A stretch of DNA of 32,000 nucleotides from Kingella oralis. Its GTDB lineage: Bacteria > Pseudomonadota > Gammaproteobacteria > Burkholderiales > Neisseriaceae. Location of the stretch: the NCBI RefSeq assembly GCF_014054985.1, contig NZ_CP059569.1:336742-368741 (forward strand). The letters are read 5' to 3'. The translations under genes and the position numbers were made by a program. Positions 14,882-23,524 of this stretch are shown here, piece after piece (the stretch's first letter is position 1; every line of letters begins with the position of its first letter). Under the pieces are notes generated by a model that was not told the origin of the DNA, made no database searches, and saw only the letters and a list, made by a program, of their open reading frames with translations.

Positions 14882-14985
14882 TATAGTCGCTCCACACAGC
14901 CTTATACAGCGTTGGCTCGCCTTGCTGTACTACTTGTACTATCTGCGGCTCGCCGCCTTGTATAAGACTGTGTGGAGCGACTATA
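14882..14985. mobile_element. 104-bp MITE with 27-bp terminal inverted repeats (Correia-like)
   Basis: The left TIR is TATAGTCGCTCCACACAGCCTTATACA. The reverse complement of the right end is TATAGTCGCTCCACACAGTCTTATACA, with one mismatch. The ends start with TATAG, as in Neisseria Correia elements. There is no coding capacity. Confidence 0.7.
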
Positions 14986-14997
14986 ACAAAAACGCTT

Positions 14998-15041
14998 AAA
15001 GGCAGCCTGAAAACGGGAAAATCCATTTTCAGGCTGCCTTT
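14998..15041. terminator. 16-bp inverted DUS hairpin, bidirectional terminator candidate
   Basis: AAAGGCAGCCTGAAAA (14998-15013) pairs with TTTTCAGGCTGCCTTT (15026-15041). It lies 3 nt downstream of the stop of the 15044.. minus-strand gene. Confidence 0.5.
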
Positions 15042-15043
15042 GA

Positions 15044-15498
15044 CTAATCGGGCAGTTCCAGCAGCAAGCCGTCACGGTAGCCGTTTTGTCCGATTTCGTT
15101 CAGGTAGCCCAGCGGGTTGATGATGATGCGGCAGCCGTCTTGTTCGCCGTCAAAGGCTTGGTGGGTGTGCCCTGCAAGCCAGTAGGCAAAGCCGTTCAGG
15201 TCTATATCGTTGATGAAATAGGGGTTGAGCGGCGAGTCGGCATACTGCGGGGCGATGCAGGCGGGATGCGGCGGGAAGTGGGTGAGCACAATGGTGCGCA
15301 GCTGGTGGCGGAAGCGTTCAATAAAACGCAGTTGTGCTTCGTAGCGGACGATGTAGTCGGCGGGTTCAATGCGCCGTTCGCGCGGCGGCAGGCAGCCTGA
15401 AAGGCTTGTGCGCCGCTGCGCCCGTTGCCGAAGTCGCCCGCGTGGACGATTAAATCGGCTTCAGGGTGCGGGGTGTCGGAGAGGAGGTGGAGTTTCAT
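15044..15498 (-). pseudogene. metallophosphoesterase, frameshifted and internally truncated
   Basis: The N-terminal part (MKLHLLSD..ADLIVHAGDFGNG) begins at ATG 15498 in one frame. The C-terminal part (...RTIVLTHFPPH...WLAGHTHQAFD...) is in another frame and ends at 15044. The frames switch around 15370-15410, exactly where a DUS (15390-15403) sits. The expected GNH(E/D) block between the GD and GHTH motifs is absent. Confidence 0.55.
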
Positions 15499-15602
15499 GG
15501 TTTGGGGGCATCTGCAATGCGGACGGATTTTCAGGCTACCTTTGCGCTGGGGGGTGCTTTGCTTTATAGTGTGCGTTTCTACACACCGCACAGGAGCATA
15601 AA

Positions 15603-15845
15603 ATGAGTTTTATTGGTATGATTATTATCGGTTTTTTTGTCGGTTTGGTGGCGCGTGCCATTTTGCCAGGCAACAATAAAATGGGCTTTTGGCTGACTTC
15701 GGGGTTGGGGATACTCGGCTCGGTGGTGGCGGGTTTTCTGGGGCAGCAGCTGGGCTGGTACACCATCGGCGAGCCTGCGGGCTTTGTGGCTTCGGTATTT
15801 GGTGCGGTGCTGATTATGGCGGTACTTGGCGGCGTGCGCCGTTAG
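15603..15845 (+). CDS. GlsB/YeaQ/YmgE family stress-response membrane protein
   Basis: An 80-aa ORF, MSFIGMIIIGFFVGLVARAILPG..., the transglycosylase-associated protein family pattern, with 3 TM helices. Confidence 0.8.
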   Translation: MSFIGMIIIGFFVGLVARAILPGNNKMGFWLTSGLGILGSVVAGFLGQQLGWYTIGEPAGFVASVFGAVLIMAVLGGVRR

Positions 15846-15864
15846 TCTGTTTTTATTTTTTAAG

Positions 15865-15908
15865 GCAGCCTGAAAATGCGGTTTGGCGTTTTTCAGGCTG
15901 CTTTTTTG
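15865..15908 (+). terminator. rho-independent terminator built from an inverted DUS pair
   Basis: GCAGCCTGAAAA (15865-15876) pairs with TTTTCAGGCTGC (15890-15901) and is followed by TTTTTT. It lies 20 nt after the stop of 15603..15845. Confidence 0.65.
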
Positions 15909-16166
15909 CTGCTATTTTTAATCCACTCTGCCTGAAATCATTAAAACATCCCATTTTTAATGATTTCTTGCAACTGCTTGGCAAAAGAATAAAACCGTTT
16001 CCGTTTTGCTGGTTTGATTGGGCATGATGTGTTTTCTTTTTTGCGTATCCGACAAAATATTTCAGGCTGCCTTTGGGACAAGGAGAGGCAGCCTGAAAAT
16101 GGGAAAACGCTGTTTTAGCAAACGTGGTGGGCAATGAGTTGCTCACCCTACGGCTAGCAATGATTT

Positions 16167-17144
16167 TCAGGCTGCCTCTTTATTCTGCAAGCAGCGTTGC
16201 AAGGCGTTGAATACTTCGTCCACACTAGGCGGTTGCCCGATGCCGCCGAGATTAGCTGCCCACGGGCTTTCTTGCACGCCTGTTTTGGCGGGGTTGCTGT
16301 CGGTGTAGATGCCGATGGTGGGGCGGTTGGTGGCGTTGGCGAGGTGGAGCAAGCCTGTGTCCACGCCGATGACGGCTTGGGCGTGGGCGAGCAGGTGGGC
16401 GGCTTGCAGCAGGGTGAGCGGGGGGCAGACTTGGGCGAAGGGAAGCTGGGCGGCGATGGCTTGGGCACGGGCGCGTTCGGCTTCGTTGCCCCACGGCAGC
16501 AGCACGGGCAGGCTGTCGCCGGCGTGCAGTTGGGTGAGCAGGGCGTGCCAGTTTTCGCTTGCCCAGAGTTTGCTATCGCGGCTGGTGGCGTGCAGGGCGA
16601 CGTGGTAGCAGGGAGGCAAATCTTTCAGGCTGCCTGCGGCTTCGGCGGGGATGGCGATGCCGAAATCGGGCGTGCCTTGGGGAGTGTAGCCGAAGGCTTG
16701 GGCGAACAGTTGGCGGTTGCGTTCTACGGCGGGTTGGTCTTTGGCAACGGGGTAGCGGTGTTGGTAGAACAGGGCGGCGAGGGGTTCGCGTGCGCTGTGT
16801 TTGTCTAGCCCGTGCACGGGGGCGGCGGCGAAGTTGGCGAATAGGGCAGATTTAATCAGCCCTTGGCTGTCTAACACGCGGTCGTAGTGGGCGGCTTTGA
16901 GCGTGCGTTGTAGGCTGCGGATTTGTTGGCGGGTGGCAGCCTGAAACAGGTGTTTGCGCCAATGTCGCCAGCGCATCTCGTGCACGCGGTGGATAAAGGG
17001 GTGCAGGCGGGCGATGTCGGCAAAGGCGGCTTCGCACAGCCAGTCTAGTTGCACGTCGGGGCGGTGGCGGGCGAGGTCGGTGATGGCGGGCAGGGTGTGG
17101 ATAAGGTCGCCCATGCTGGATAGGCGCACGAGGAGGGTGTTCAT
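16167..17144 (-). CDS. waaC: lipopolysaccharide heptosyltransferase I
   Basis: From ORF 16167..17219; the start is at ATG 17144 (MNTLLVRLSSMGDLIHTLPAITDL...), the typical GT9 heptosyltransferase I N-terminus. The C-terminal region IGVDTGLLHLA is also conserved. Two in-frame DUS lie at 16623 and 16935. Confidence 0.85.
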   Translation of the reverse strand: MNTLLVRLSSMGDLIHTLPAITDLARHRPDVQLDWLCEAAFADIARLHPFIHRVHEMRWRHWRKHLFQAATRQQIRSLQRTLKAAHYDRVLDSQGLIKSALFANFAAAPVHGLDKHSAREPLAALFYQHRYPVAKDQPAVERNRQLFAQAFGYTPQGTPDFGIAIPAEAAGSLKDLPPCYHVALHATSRDSKLWASENWHALLTQLHAGDSLPVLLPWGNEAERARAQAIAAQLPFAQVCPPLTLLQAAHLLAHAQAVIGVDTGLLHLANATNRPTIGIYTDSNPAKTGVQESPWAANLGGIGQPPSVDEVFNALQRCLQNKEAA

Positions 17145-17166
17145 GGGGGTTGGTCTCGCGGGCGAA

Positions 17167-17236
17167 AGGCAGCCTGAAAGTGGGGTAGGGCGTTTTAGCT
17201 TCGCTGAAACTCGCTTCACTCGTTTTCAGGCTGCCT
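17167..17236. repeat. DUS-bounded small repeat element (family with 27005-27086 and 27304-27385)
   Basis: AGGCAGCCTGAAA ... GTTTTAGCTTCGCTGAAACTCGCTTCACTCG TTTTCAGGCTGCCT. The internal 30-mer is nearly identical in the three copies. Confidence 0.7.
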
Positions 17237-17243
17237 CTGGGGG

Positions 17244-18011
17244 CTAATAAAGCGGGGTGTTTTCTTGCTGCGCAATGGTGTGCAACAACGCTTGGGCGCA
17301 TTCTTGTGCGTAAGCCTGCGCGGCGGTTTGCACGGCTTGATAATGGTTGGCTTGCCATTCACTCAGCGGCTTCACTGCGCTGCGCTGTTCGCATTGGTAG
17401 GTAAAGGCGCGGGGATGGGCTACGTTGTCTTCGCTTTCGTAATATTTGCTGAAACGGATTTTTTGCACCAAGCGATACAGCCCTTTGTCGCCTTGGTTGT
17501 TGTATTTTTCGTAAACCAAATACACGCGCTTCCAATCAATCATAAAGTCGTATTGTTCGGTGGCGGCGGGCAGCGTGCGGTAGGTTTTGAATAAATCGTC
17601 TTTGATTAAATTGTGCAGCGTTTGGCTGGCTTGGATGGGGATTTGCGTGGGCGTGCCCACCAGCTCTTCCTTGTCCGAGCTTTGATACGAGCCGCCTGAG
17701 GTGAGCGTGGCGAGCAGTTTCAGCGTTTTTAGGGCAACGATTTTGCTGCTGTCGGAGGGGCGGATAAGATAGAGTTGGTTGCCGTTGTAGGGGTTGGCAT
17801 TGGGGGTTTCTTTGTCGGCATACGTTACCACGCGCATGGAGCCGCCGCCTGCGGTGGGCGCGGTGTTTTCGTGGAGCAGCGTTTTATAGGTTTGCGCGCG
17901 CGTGCCTGCTTGAATTTGCGCTTTGCTGCGCGGTGTGTTGGGGATATGGCTGGTGCAGGCGGTAAGCAATAGCAAGGCGGCGCAAGCGGTGGTGGTTTTG
18001 AAATAAGACAT
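17244..18011 (-). CDS. lipoprotein of unknown function
   Basis: From ORF 17244..18632. The real start is ATG 18011 (MSYFKTTTACAALLLLTAC|TS), with a lipobox LTAC. The upstream 200 codons overlap lgt out of frame. It lies 38 nt downstream of lgt, so an operon is likely. Confidence 0.7.
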   Translation of the reverse strand: MSYFKTTTACAALLLLTACTSHIPNTPRSKAQIQAGTRAQTYKTLLHENTAPTAGGGSMRVVTYADKETPNANPYNGNQLYLIRPSDSSKIVALKTLKLLATLTSGGSYQSSDKEELVGTPTQIPIQASQTLHNLIKDDLFKTYRTLPAATEQYDFMIDWKRVYLVYEKYNNQGDKGLYRLVQKIRFSKYYESEDNVAHPRAFTYQCEQRSAVKPLSEWQANHYQAVQTAAQAYAQECAQALLHTIAQQENTPLY

Positions 18012-18049
18012 GGAATGTTCTTCTGAATAAGGGTGGATAAAAAGGCGGG

Positions 18050-18904
18050 TTAAGCCGTGCGATTGCGTTTGCCAAAATACACAAAACCAATAATGCCCAG
18101 CATCAGCATCGGCAGGCTCAGCCATTGCCCCATAGACATCCCGCCTGTGAGCAAGCCAAGCTGGGCATCGGGCTGGCGCGCGTATTCGGCGATAAAGCGG
18201 AACAAGCCGTAGCCGCCCAAAAACACCATTGCCACTTGCCCTTCGGGGCGTTTTTTCTTGGAAAACAGCCACACAATGGCAAACAGCGCGATGCCTTCCA
18301 GCGCAAATTGGTAAAGCTGCGAGGGGTGGCGCGGCAGGCTGCCGTATTGCAGCAGCCATTCGGCGTATTGTGGGTTTTGCGCGGCAAGGGCGCGGTCGGC
18401 TTCGGCGGCTTGCGGAAAGCCCATCGCCCAGAAGTTGCCAGGGCTGGTTACGCGCCCCAAAAGCTCGCCGTTGATAAAGTTGCCAATGCGCCCCGATGCC
18501 AAGCCTGTCGGCACCAGCGGGGCAACAAAATCCATCACTTGCCAAAAGCGCAAGCCGCGCCGCTTGGCAAACAGCCACATGGCAAAGAGCACGCCCAAAA
18601 AGCCGCCGTGAAACGACATGCCGCCTTCCCACACTTTGAGCATATTGAGCGGATGGGCAAGGTATTCGCCGAGGTTGTAAAACAGGATGTAGCCGATGCG
18701 CCCGCCCAAAATCACACCGAGCACGCCGTAAGTGAGCAGGTCGTCCAGCATTTCTTTGGTGAACACGGTGTTGCCTTGTTTGATGCGCCGCCGCCCCAGC
18801 CAGATAAACAGGGCGAAGGCGACGATGTAGCTGAGGGCATACCAGCGGATGGCGAGCGGGCCCAGTTGCAGGGCGACGGGGTTGAATTGGGGATGGATAA
18901 GCAT
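18050..18904 (-). CDS. lgt: prolipoprotein diacylglyceryl transferase
   Basis: From ORF 18050..19018; the start is at ATG 18904 ([27 protein letters not shown]...). It has the conserved Lgt blocks [11 protein letters not shown] and GMSFHGG. Confidence 0.9.
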   Translation of the reverse strand: MLIHPQFNPVALQLGPLAIRWYALSYIVAFALFIWLGRRRIKQGNTVFTKEMLDDLLTYGVLGVILGGRIGYILFYNLGEYLAHPLNMLKVWEGGMSFHGGFLGVLFAMWLFAKRRGLRFWQVMDFVAPLVPTGLASGRIGNFINGELLGRVTSPGNFWAMGFPQAAEADRALAAQNPQYAEWLLQYGSLPRHPSQLYQFALEGIALFAIVWLFSKKKRPEGQVAMVFLGGYGLFRFIAEYARQPDAQLGLLTGGMSMGQWLSLPMLMLGIIGFVYFGKRNRTA

Positions 18905-19243
18905 GGGGTGTCCTTGTGGTGCGGTGGTTTCAGGCGGAAATTTTTGCCAAACCGCTGATGCAGCCTGAAATCTGAATATGGAGCGGCGGCGGAGGCTCGT
19001 TACCCAATGGCAGTTCAATAGGATTTTATGGGTTGGAACGATGCCGCCGCGCCATGGGTGGTACTGCGGTTTGCAAAGGTTTCAGGCTGCCTTGGGTGTG
19101 GTTGATGAGGCAGCCTGAAAAGCGTGACGGGGGCGATTATCGCATAGTTTTGGGGCGGGGCTGGCGCGCGGTGGTTTGTGGCAGCCTGAAAACCCAATTT
19201 AGCGAAGCCAATATACTGTTCATTGTGCTTCGGCTAACATTTG

Positions 19244-19500
19244 TGATGCATTTGCCTTTGCACCTTATCGCGGCGCGGGCGACTTACTTTCTTTGCTTCG
19301 CCAAAGAAAGTAAGCAAAGAAAGGCGACCCCGACGTGCAGGTTCGCTGCGCATCCTTTTTTCGGCGCGTGCGAACTAGCCGCACTTCGTGCGTCGTCGAA
19401 CAAGCGCACGCTTGTTCCCGAAAAAAGGATGCTCCGTTCGGCTGGACGTAGGGGAGGGGCAGCAGCATCAAACAGTTGTGAAGCGTTAGGCAGCCTGAAA
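19244..19500. repeat. long (about 250 bp) copy of the structured repeat family ending in a DUS
   Basis: It shares both end blocks with 4602-4745. Internal perfect inverted repeats are CTTACTTTCTTTG/CAAAGAAAGTAAG (13 bp) and GCATCCTTTTTTCGG/CCGAAAAAAGGATGC (15 bp). Confidence 0.7.
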
Positions 19501-19525
19501 ATAGGAGGATGGTTTCAGGCTGCCT
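19488..19525 (-). terminator. inverted DUS hairpin downstream of glnE
   Basis: AGGCAGCCTGAAA (19488-19500) pairs with TTTCAGGCTGCCT (19513-19525). It lies 18 nt after the glnE stop. Confidence 0.5.
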
Positions 19526-19542
19526 TCGGCATAGAAAACAAA

Positions 19543-22242
19543 TTAAACCGCTTCCCCGAACACCGCCGCCCACAGCGTTTTCACCGCCTGATAATCGGCG
19601 AGCAGGATTTCGTTTACGGCGGCGCGGGCGAGGTCGCGCAGTTTTTTGTTGTGTTGGATTTGGCGGTAGCGGCGGTAGGCGTTTTGGGCGGCGCGGGCTT
19701 GCTCGGCGGGGATAAAGCCGCGCTGCGCTGCCATGCCCAGCAGGGCGATGTTGCCGTAGTTTTCCAGCAGCTCGGGGGCTTCATGGCTGTGGACCAGCAC
19801 GAGGTATTGCACGATAAATTCTACGTCCACCACGCCGCCGCGCGCGTATTTGACGTTTTCATCATCGGCGGGGTGGGTGGCGGTGATTTTGTGGCGCATG
19901 GCGAGGATGTCGCTTTTCAGGCTGCCTATGTTGCGCGGTTGGGCGATGATTTGGCGGCGCAGTTGTTCAAATTGTGCGCCGAGCTCTTCGCTGCCGCAGA
20001 TGTAGCGGGCGCGGGTGAGCGATTGGTGTTCCCATGTCCATGCGTTTTGCTGCTGGTATTGGGTGTAGGCGGCGAGGCTGTGGACCAGGAAGCCGCTGTC
20101 GCCGTTGGGGCGCAGGCGCAGGTCCAGTTCGTAAAGGCTGCCTGCGCCTGTGCTGCTGGATAACCATGTGGTCAGGCGGCGGGCGAGTTTGGTGTAGAGG
20201 CTGGCGGCTTCGGGGTGGGGGTCGTCATACAGATACACGAGGTCTAAATCGGAGGTGTAGCCGAGTTCTTTGCCGCCGAGCTTGCCGTAGCCGATGATGA
20301 TGAATTGCGGGTCGGGGCGGTGGATTTTGGGGATGCTGTGCCATGCGTGGTGCAGGGTTTGGCGCAAGACGATGTCGGCAAGGCGCGAGAGTTCGTCGCT
20401 CAGGGCTTCGACTGTCCACTGCCCGGCGAGGTCTTGCACCAACAGGCGGAAGGTTTGCGCGTGTTGGAAGCGGCGCAGGGTGTCCATTTTGCTTTCGGTG
20501 TCGTCTTGGGCGTTTAAGCTGCCTGAAAGTTCGTTTTCTAACGCTGCCCAGTCTAAGGGCTGCATCAGTTGGGCAGATAGGAGTTCGTCTAACAAAATGG
20601 GGTGTTGGCGCAGGTATTCGGCTGCCCACGCGCTTTGCGACATCAGCTCGGCGACTTGGTTGAGCGCGGCGGGGTATTGCTGCAAAAAGGCGAGGTAGGC
20701 GGAGCGGCGGCTGACGGTGTCGAGAAAGTCCAGCAGGCGCAGCAGCGTGGCATCGGGGTTGGGGCGGCGGGCGGCGGCTTCTATCATGCGGGGGACGATG
20801 GCATCAAAGCGCGGCTGGGCTTGGGCGGAGAGTTGGCGGTATTTGCTGCCTTGGCGAATGTGGGCGAGGCGTTCGGCGATGCGGGCGCTGTCGGTGTAGC
20901 CCAGCGCGGCTAGCTCGTTTTGGCTGCGCCGAAATTCGCCACGCCCGTTTTCAGGCTGCCGATTGGGGGCGGCGTTGTCCCACAGCTCGGCAAGCGGGTG
21001 TTGCGCTTCGCTGTCGGGCTGCTCGGGCGGGTTGAGGATTTGGTTGAACTGTTGGTTTACAAAATCGCGTTGGGTTTTCAGGCTGCCTAAAAAGGCGGTG
21101 TAGTCGGCAAAGCCCATGCTGATGGCGAGTTGGGTTTGCTGTTCGGGATTGTCGGGCAGGGTTTGGGTTTGCTGGTCGTCCCAGTATTGCAGGCGGTGTT
21201 CCGTGTCGCGCAGGAAGCGGTAGGCGGCGAGCAGTCGGGCGACGGTGTCTTCGGGCAGGATGCCCAGCTCGCCCAGTTTCGCCAGCGTCTCTTGCGTGCC
21301 TTTCAATTGCAGGCCGGGGTTTTGCCCGCCGCGTATCATTTGGAAAATTTGGGCGATAAATTCGATTTCGCGGATGCCGCCCGCGCCGAGCTTGATGTTG
21401 TGTTCCATGCCGCGCTTTTGCACTTCTTGCTTGATTTGGCGGTGTAGCTCGCGCATGGCGTGGTAGGCGTTGTAGTCCAAATATTTGCGGAACACGAAGG
21501 GGCGCACCAGCGCGGCGATGTCGTTGGCATGGGGCGTTACGATGCGAGCTTTGCACCATGCGTAGCGTTCCCATTCGCGCCCTTGGGTGATGAGGTATTG
21601 TTCCAGCGCGGTTTCGCTGGCCACCAGCGCGCCGCTGTCGCCGTCGGGGCGCAGGCGCATATCCACGCGGAACACTTGCCCGTCGGCGGTGATGTCGCCC
21701 AACAGGGCGATGAGTTTCTGCCCCACTTTGGTGAAGAATTCTTGGTTGCTGCGCTCGCGTTTGCCGTCGGTGTCGCCGCTTTCGGGGTAGATGAAGATGA
21801 GGTCTATGTCGGAGGAGACGTTGAGCTCGTAGCCGCCTGCTTTGCCCATGGCGATGACGGTCAAATGCTGCGCCGCGCCGCTGTGCCGCCCGATTGGTGT
21901 GCCGTAGAGGGCTTGATAGTGGGCGTGGGCGTAATCCAGCGCGGTGTTGATAGCGAAGTCGGCGAATTGGGTGATGGTGCGGGTTACTTCGGCGAGGGGG
22001 GATTGGCGGTTGATGTCGCGCGCGATGATGTGGGCGAGCACATGGCGGCGCAGGATGCGAAGCTGACGGGCGATTTCGGCTTCGTTGCCATCGGCTTGCA
22101 GCTGTTGCCAGTGGGCAAATTGGGCGTAATCGTTGGGCGTGAGCGGGCGCGGCAGCCATTGGGTTAGGATGTCTAGGTTGAGGGTTTGGTTGGCGAGTTG
22201 GCGTTGCAGCCAAGGGGAAAAGGGGGCGGCGGTGTTGAGCAT
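19543..22242 (-). CDS. glnE: bifunctional glutamine synthetase adenylyltransferase/adenylyl-removing enzyme
   Basis: An 899-aa ORF with an ATG start and duplicated nucleotidyltransferase domains (GKAGGYELNVSSDIDLIF and GKLGGKELGYTSDLDLVY). Confidence 0.9.
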   Translation of the reverse strand: MLNTAAPFSPWLQRQLANQTLNLDILTQWLPRPLTPNDYAQFAHWQQLQADGNEAEIARQLRILRRHVLAHIIARDINRQSPLAEVTRTITQFADFAINTALDYAHAHYQALYGTPIGRHSGAAQHLTVIAMGKAGGYELNVSSDIDLIFIYPESGDTDGKRERSNQEFFTKVGQKLIALLGDITADGQVFRVDMRLRPDGDSGALVASETALEQYLITQGREWERYAWCKARIVTPHANDIAALVRPFVFRKYLDYNAYHAMRELHRQIKQEVQKRGMEHNIKLGAGGIREIEFIAQIFQMIRGGQNPGLQLKGTQETLAKLGELGILPEDTVARLLAAYRFLRDTEHRLQYWDDQQTQTLPDNPEQQTQLAISMGFADYTAFLGSLKTQRDFVNQQFNQILNPPEQPDSEAQHPLAELWDNAAPNRQPENGRGEFRRSQNELAALGYTDSARIAERLAHIRQGSKYRQLSAQAQPRFDAIVPRMIEAAARRPNPDATLLRLLDFLDTVSRRSAYLAFLQQYPAALNQVAELMSQSAWAAEYLRQHPILLDELLSAQLMQPLDWAALENELSGSLNAQDDTESKMDTLRRFQHAQTFRLLVQDLAGQWTVEALSDELSRLADIVLRQTLHHAWHSIPKIHRPDPQFIIIGYGKLGGKELGYTSDLDLVYLYDDPHPEAASLYTKLARRLTTWLSSSTGAGSLYELDLRLRPNGDSGFLVHSLAAYTQYQQQNAWTWEHQSLTRARYICGSEELGAQFEQLRRQIIAQPRNIGSLKSDILAMRHKITATHPADDENVKYARGGVVDVEFIVQYLVLVHSHEAPELLENYGNIALLGMAAQRGFIPAEQARAAQNAYRRYRQIQHNKKLRDLARAAVNEILLADYQAVKTLWAAVFGEAV

Positions 22243-22528
22243 GGCGGGGTGGTGGGGAGTGATGGGGTGCGGGGATTTTAGCAGTTTCGGGGCGGGGTGA
22301 GGCAGCCTGAAATGGCGTGCAGTGAAGCGAAAGGGCGCAGCGGCGGTTCGCCATTGGATAATCGCCGGTACGCCATTGTGGTGTTTCAGGCTGCTTTATT
22401 GTTTGGATGAGGCAGCCTGAAACAACAAAACCGCTCGGTGTTTTACCAAACGGTTCTTTGCCGGATAGATTGGTTTTCAGGCTGCCTTATCGTGTGAACA
22501 AAGGCAGCCTGAAAACCCGCAATGGGGC

Positions 22529-22599
22529 GTTGGCGGCTCGCCGGTATCTCGGCAACCCATACCATTCAGTTCAACCCCCGCTTGGCGGCGAGCCGTTGC
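22529..22599. repeat. small repeat with GGCTCGCCG/CGGCGAGCC arms (second copy at 27120-27200)
   Basis: GTTGGCGGCTCGCCG ... TGGCGGCGAGCCGTTGC here, versus GTTGGCGGCTCGCCG ... TGGCGACGAGCCGTTGC at 27120-27200. Both are followed by ..TCCATTT.. and a DUS. Confidence 0.55.
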
Positions 22600-22690
22600 C
22601 ACTCCATTTTCAGGCTGCCCACCCATCCTAAGGCAGCCTGAAAACGTTAAAATGCAGCCTGAAAACCATTATTCCACCCCAACGCCAACC

Positions 22691-23425
22691 ATGCCCAACC
22701 CCATCCCCTTTATTTCCGCCGCCCGCCCCGTTTTCCCCGAATATTCCCCCGCGCACGACAAGCACGACGGTTTGGTTTGCGTCAGCGACGCGCTCACGCC
22801 TGAAATGCTGCTGGCGGCGTACCGCAAGGGCGTTTTCCCGTGGTTCAGCGAGCACGGCTTGTTTTACTGGTTTGCGCAGCATCCCCGCGCCGTGCTGTTG
22901 CCCGAGCGGCTGCACATCGGGCGTTCGCTCGCCAAAACCCTGCGCCGCAAAAGCTACCGCGTCAGCGTGAACGCCTGTTTTGCCGAAGTGATTGCCGCCT
23001 GCGCGCAAATCCCCCGCGCCGAGCAGGGCGGCACTTGGATTACGCCCGATTTTCAGGCTGCCTACACCGCGCTGCACCGCTTGGGACACGCGCACAGCTT
23101 TGAATGCTGGCTGCCCGACGCGGCGGGGCGGTGGCATCTGGCGGGCGGGCTGTACGGCGTGCAAATCGGCAGCGTGTTTTACGGCGAATCCATGTTTGCC
23201 CGCCGCGCCGATGCGTCCAAAATCGCCTTTGCCTGCGCCGTGCCGTTTCTGGCGCGCTGCGGCATCCGCCTGATTGACTGCCAGCAGGACACGGCGCATT
23301 TGGCGCGTTTCGGCTCGCAGTTGATGCCGTTTGAGGCGTTTCGGGCGCAGTTGGGCGAGTGGAACGAGGTGGCGTTGGCGCGGGAGATTGGGCGCGGGGT
23401 GGCGGCGGAGAATGAGGCAGCCTGA
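22691..23425 (+). CDS. aat: leucyl/phenylalanyl-tRNA--protein transferase
   Basis: From ORF 22652..23425; the start is at ATG 22691 (MPNPIPFI...). Conserved blocks are [30 protein letters not shown] and the surrounding region. Confidence 0.85.
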   Translation: MPNPIPFISAARPVFPEYSPAHDKHDGLVCVSDALTPEMLLAAYRKGVFPWFSEHGLFYWFAQHPRAVLLPERLHIGRSLAKTLRRKSYRVSVNACFAEVIAACAQIPRAEQGGTWITPDFQAAYTALHRLGHAHSFECWLPDAAGRWHLAGGLYGVQIGSVFYGESMFARRADASKIAFACAVPFLARCGIRLIDCQQDTAHLARFGSQLMPFEAFRAQLGEWNEVALAREIGRGVAAENEAA

Positions 23426-23524
23426 AATAGCTTGCTGCATGGTTGGCGATAACGGATTTCAGGCTGCCCTACGCGAGATAAGGCAGCCTGAAAACATGTT
23501 TGCACGATGGCGGCGGATAAGGCG

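Noticed and set aside
15935-15966. A perfect 12-bp AT-rich inverted repeat, AAATCATTAAAA/TTTTAATGATTT, in the 15846-16166 intergenic region.
   Set aside because: It may be an operator or a weak hairpin. There is no adjacent regulator gene or second copy in the window to support a functional call, so I only note it.
18012-18632. An N-terminal extension of about 206 aa on the lipoprotein ORF (17244..18632).
   Set aside because: The extension overlaps lgt in another frame. A canonical lipoprotein signal peptide with a lipobox starts at the internal ATG 18011.
20951-22354. A 467-aa minus-strand ORF overlapping glnE out of frame, together with several 100-235 aa plus-strand ORFs in 19967-22167.
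   Set aside because: The Pro/Arg/His-rich nonsense composition is typical of alternative frames of a GC-rich gene. The glnE frame is continuous for 899 aa with duplicated nucleotidyltransferase motifs.
22243-22690. A cluster of closely spaced DUS copies (about 8 in 450 bp) that resembles a repeat-spacer array.
   Set aside because: It is not a CRISPR array. The repeats are only 12-14 nt, occur in both orientations with irregular spacing, are the same motif that is dispersed across the whole window, and have no cas genes nearby.
22628-23440. A 270-aa minus-strand ORF antisense to aat, and a 262-aa ORF (24496-25284) antisense to rarD.
   Set aside because: The sense frames have conserved family motifs or transmembrane periodicity. 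The antisense frames are Arg/Gln/Pro-rich with no domain.
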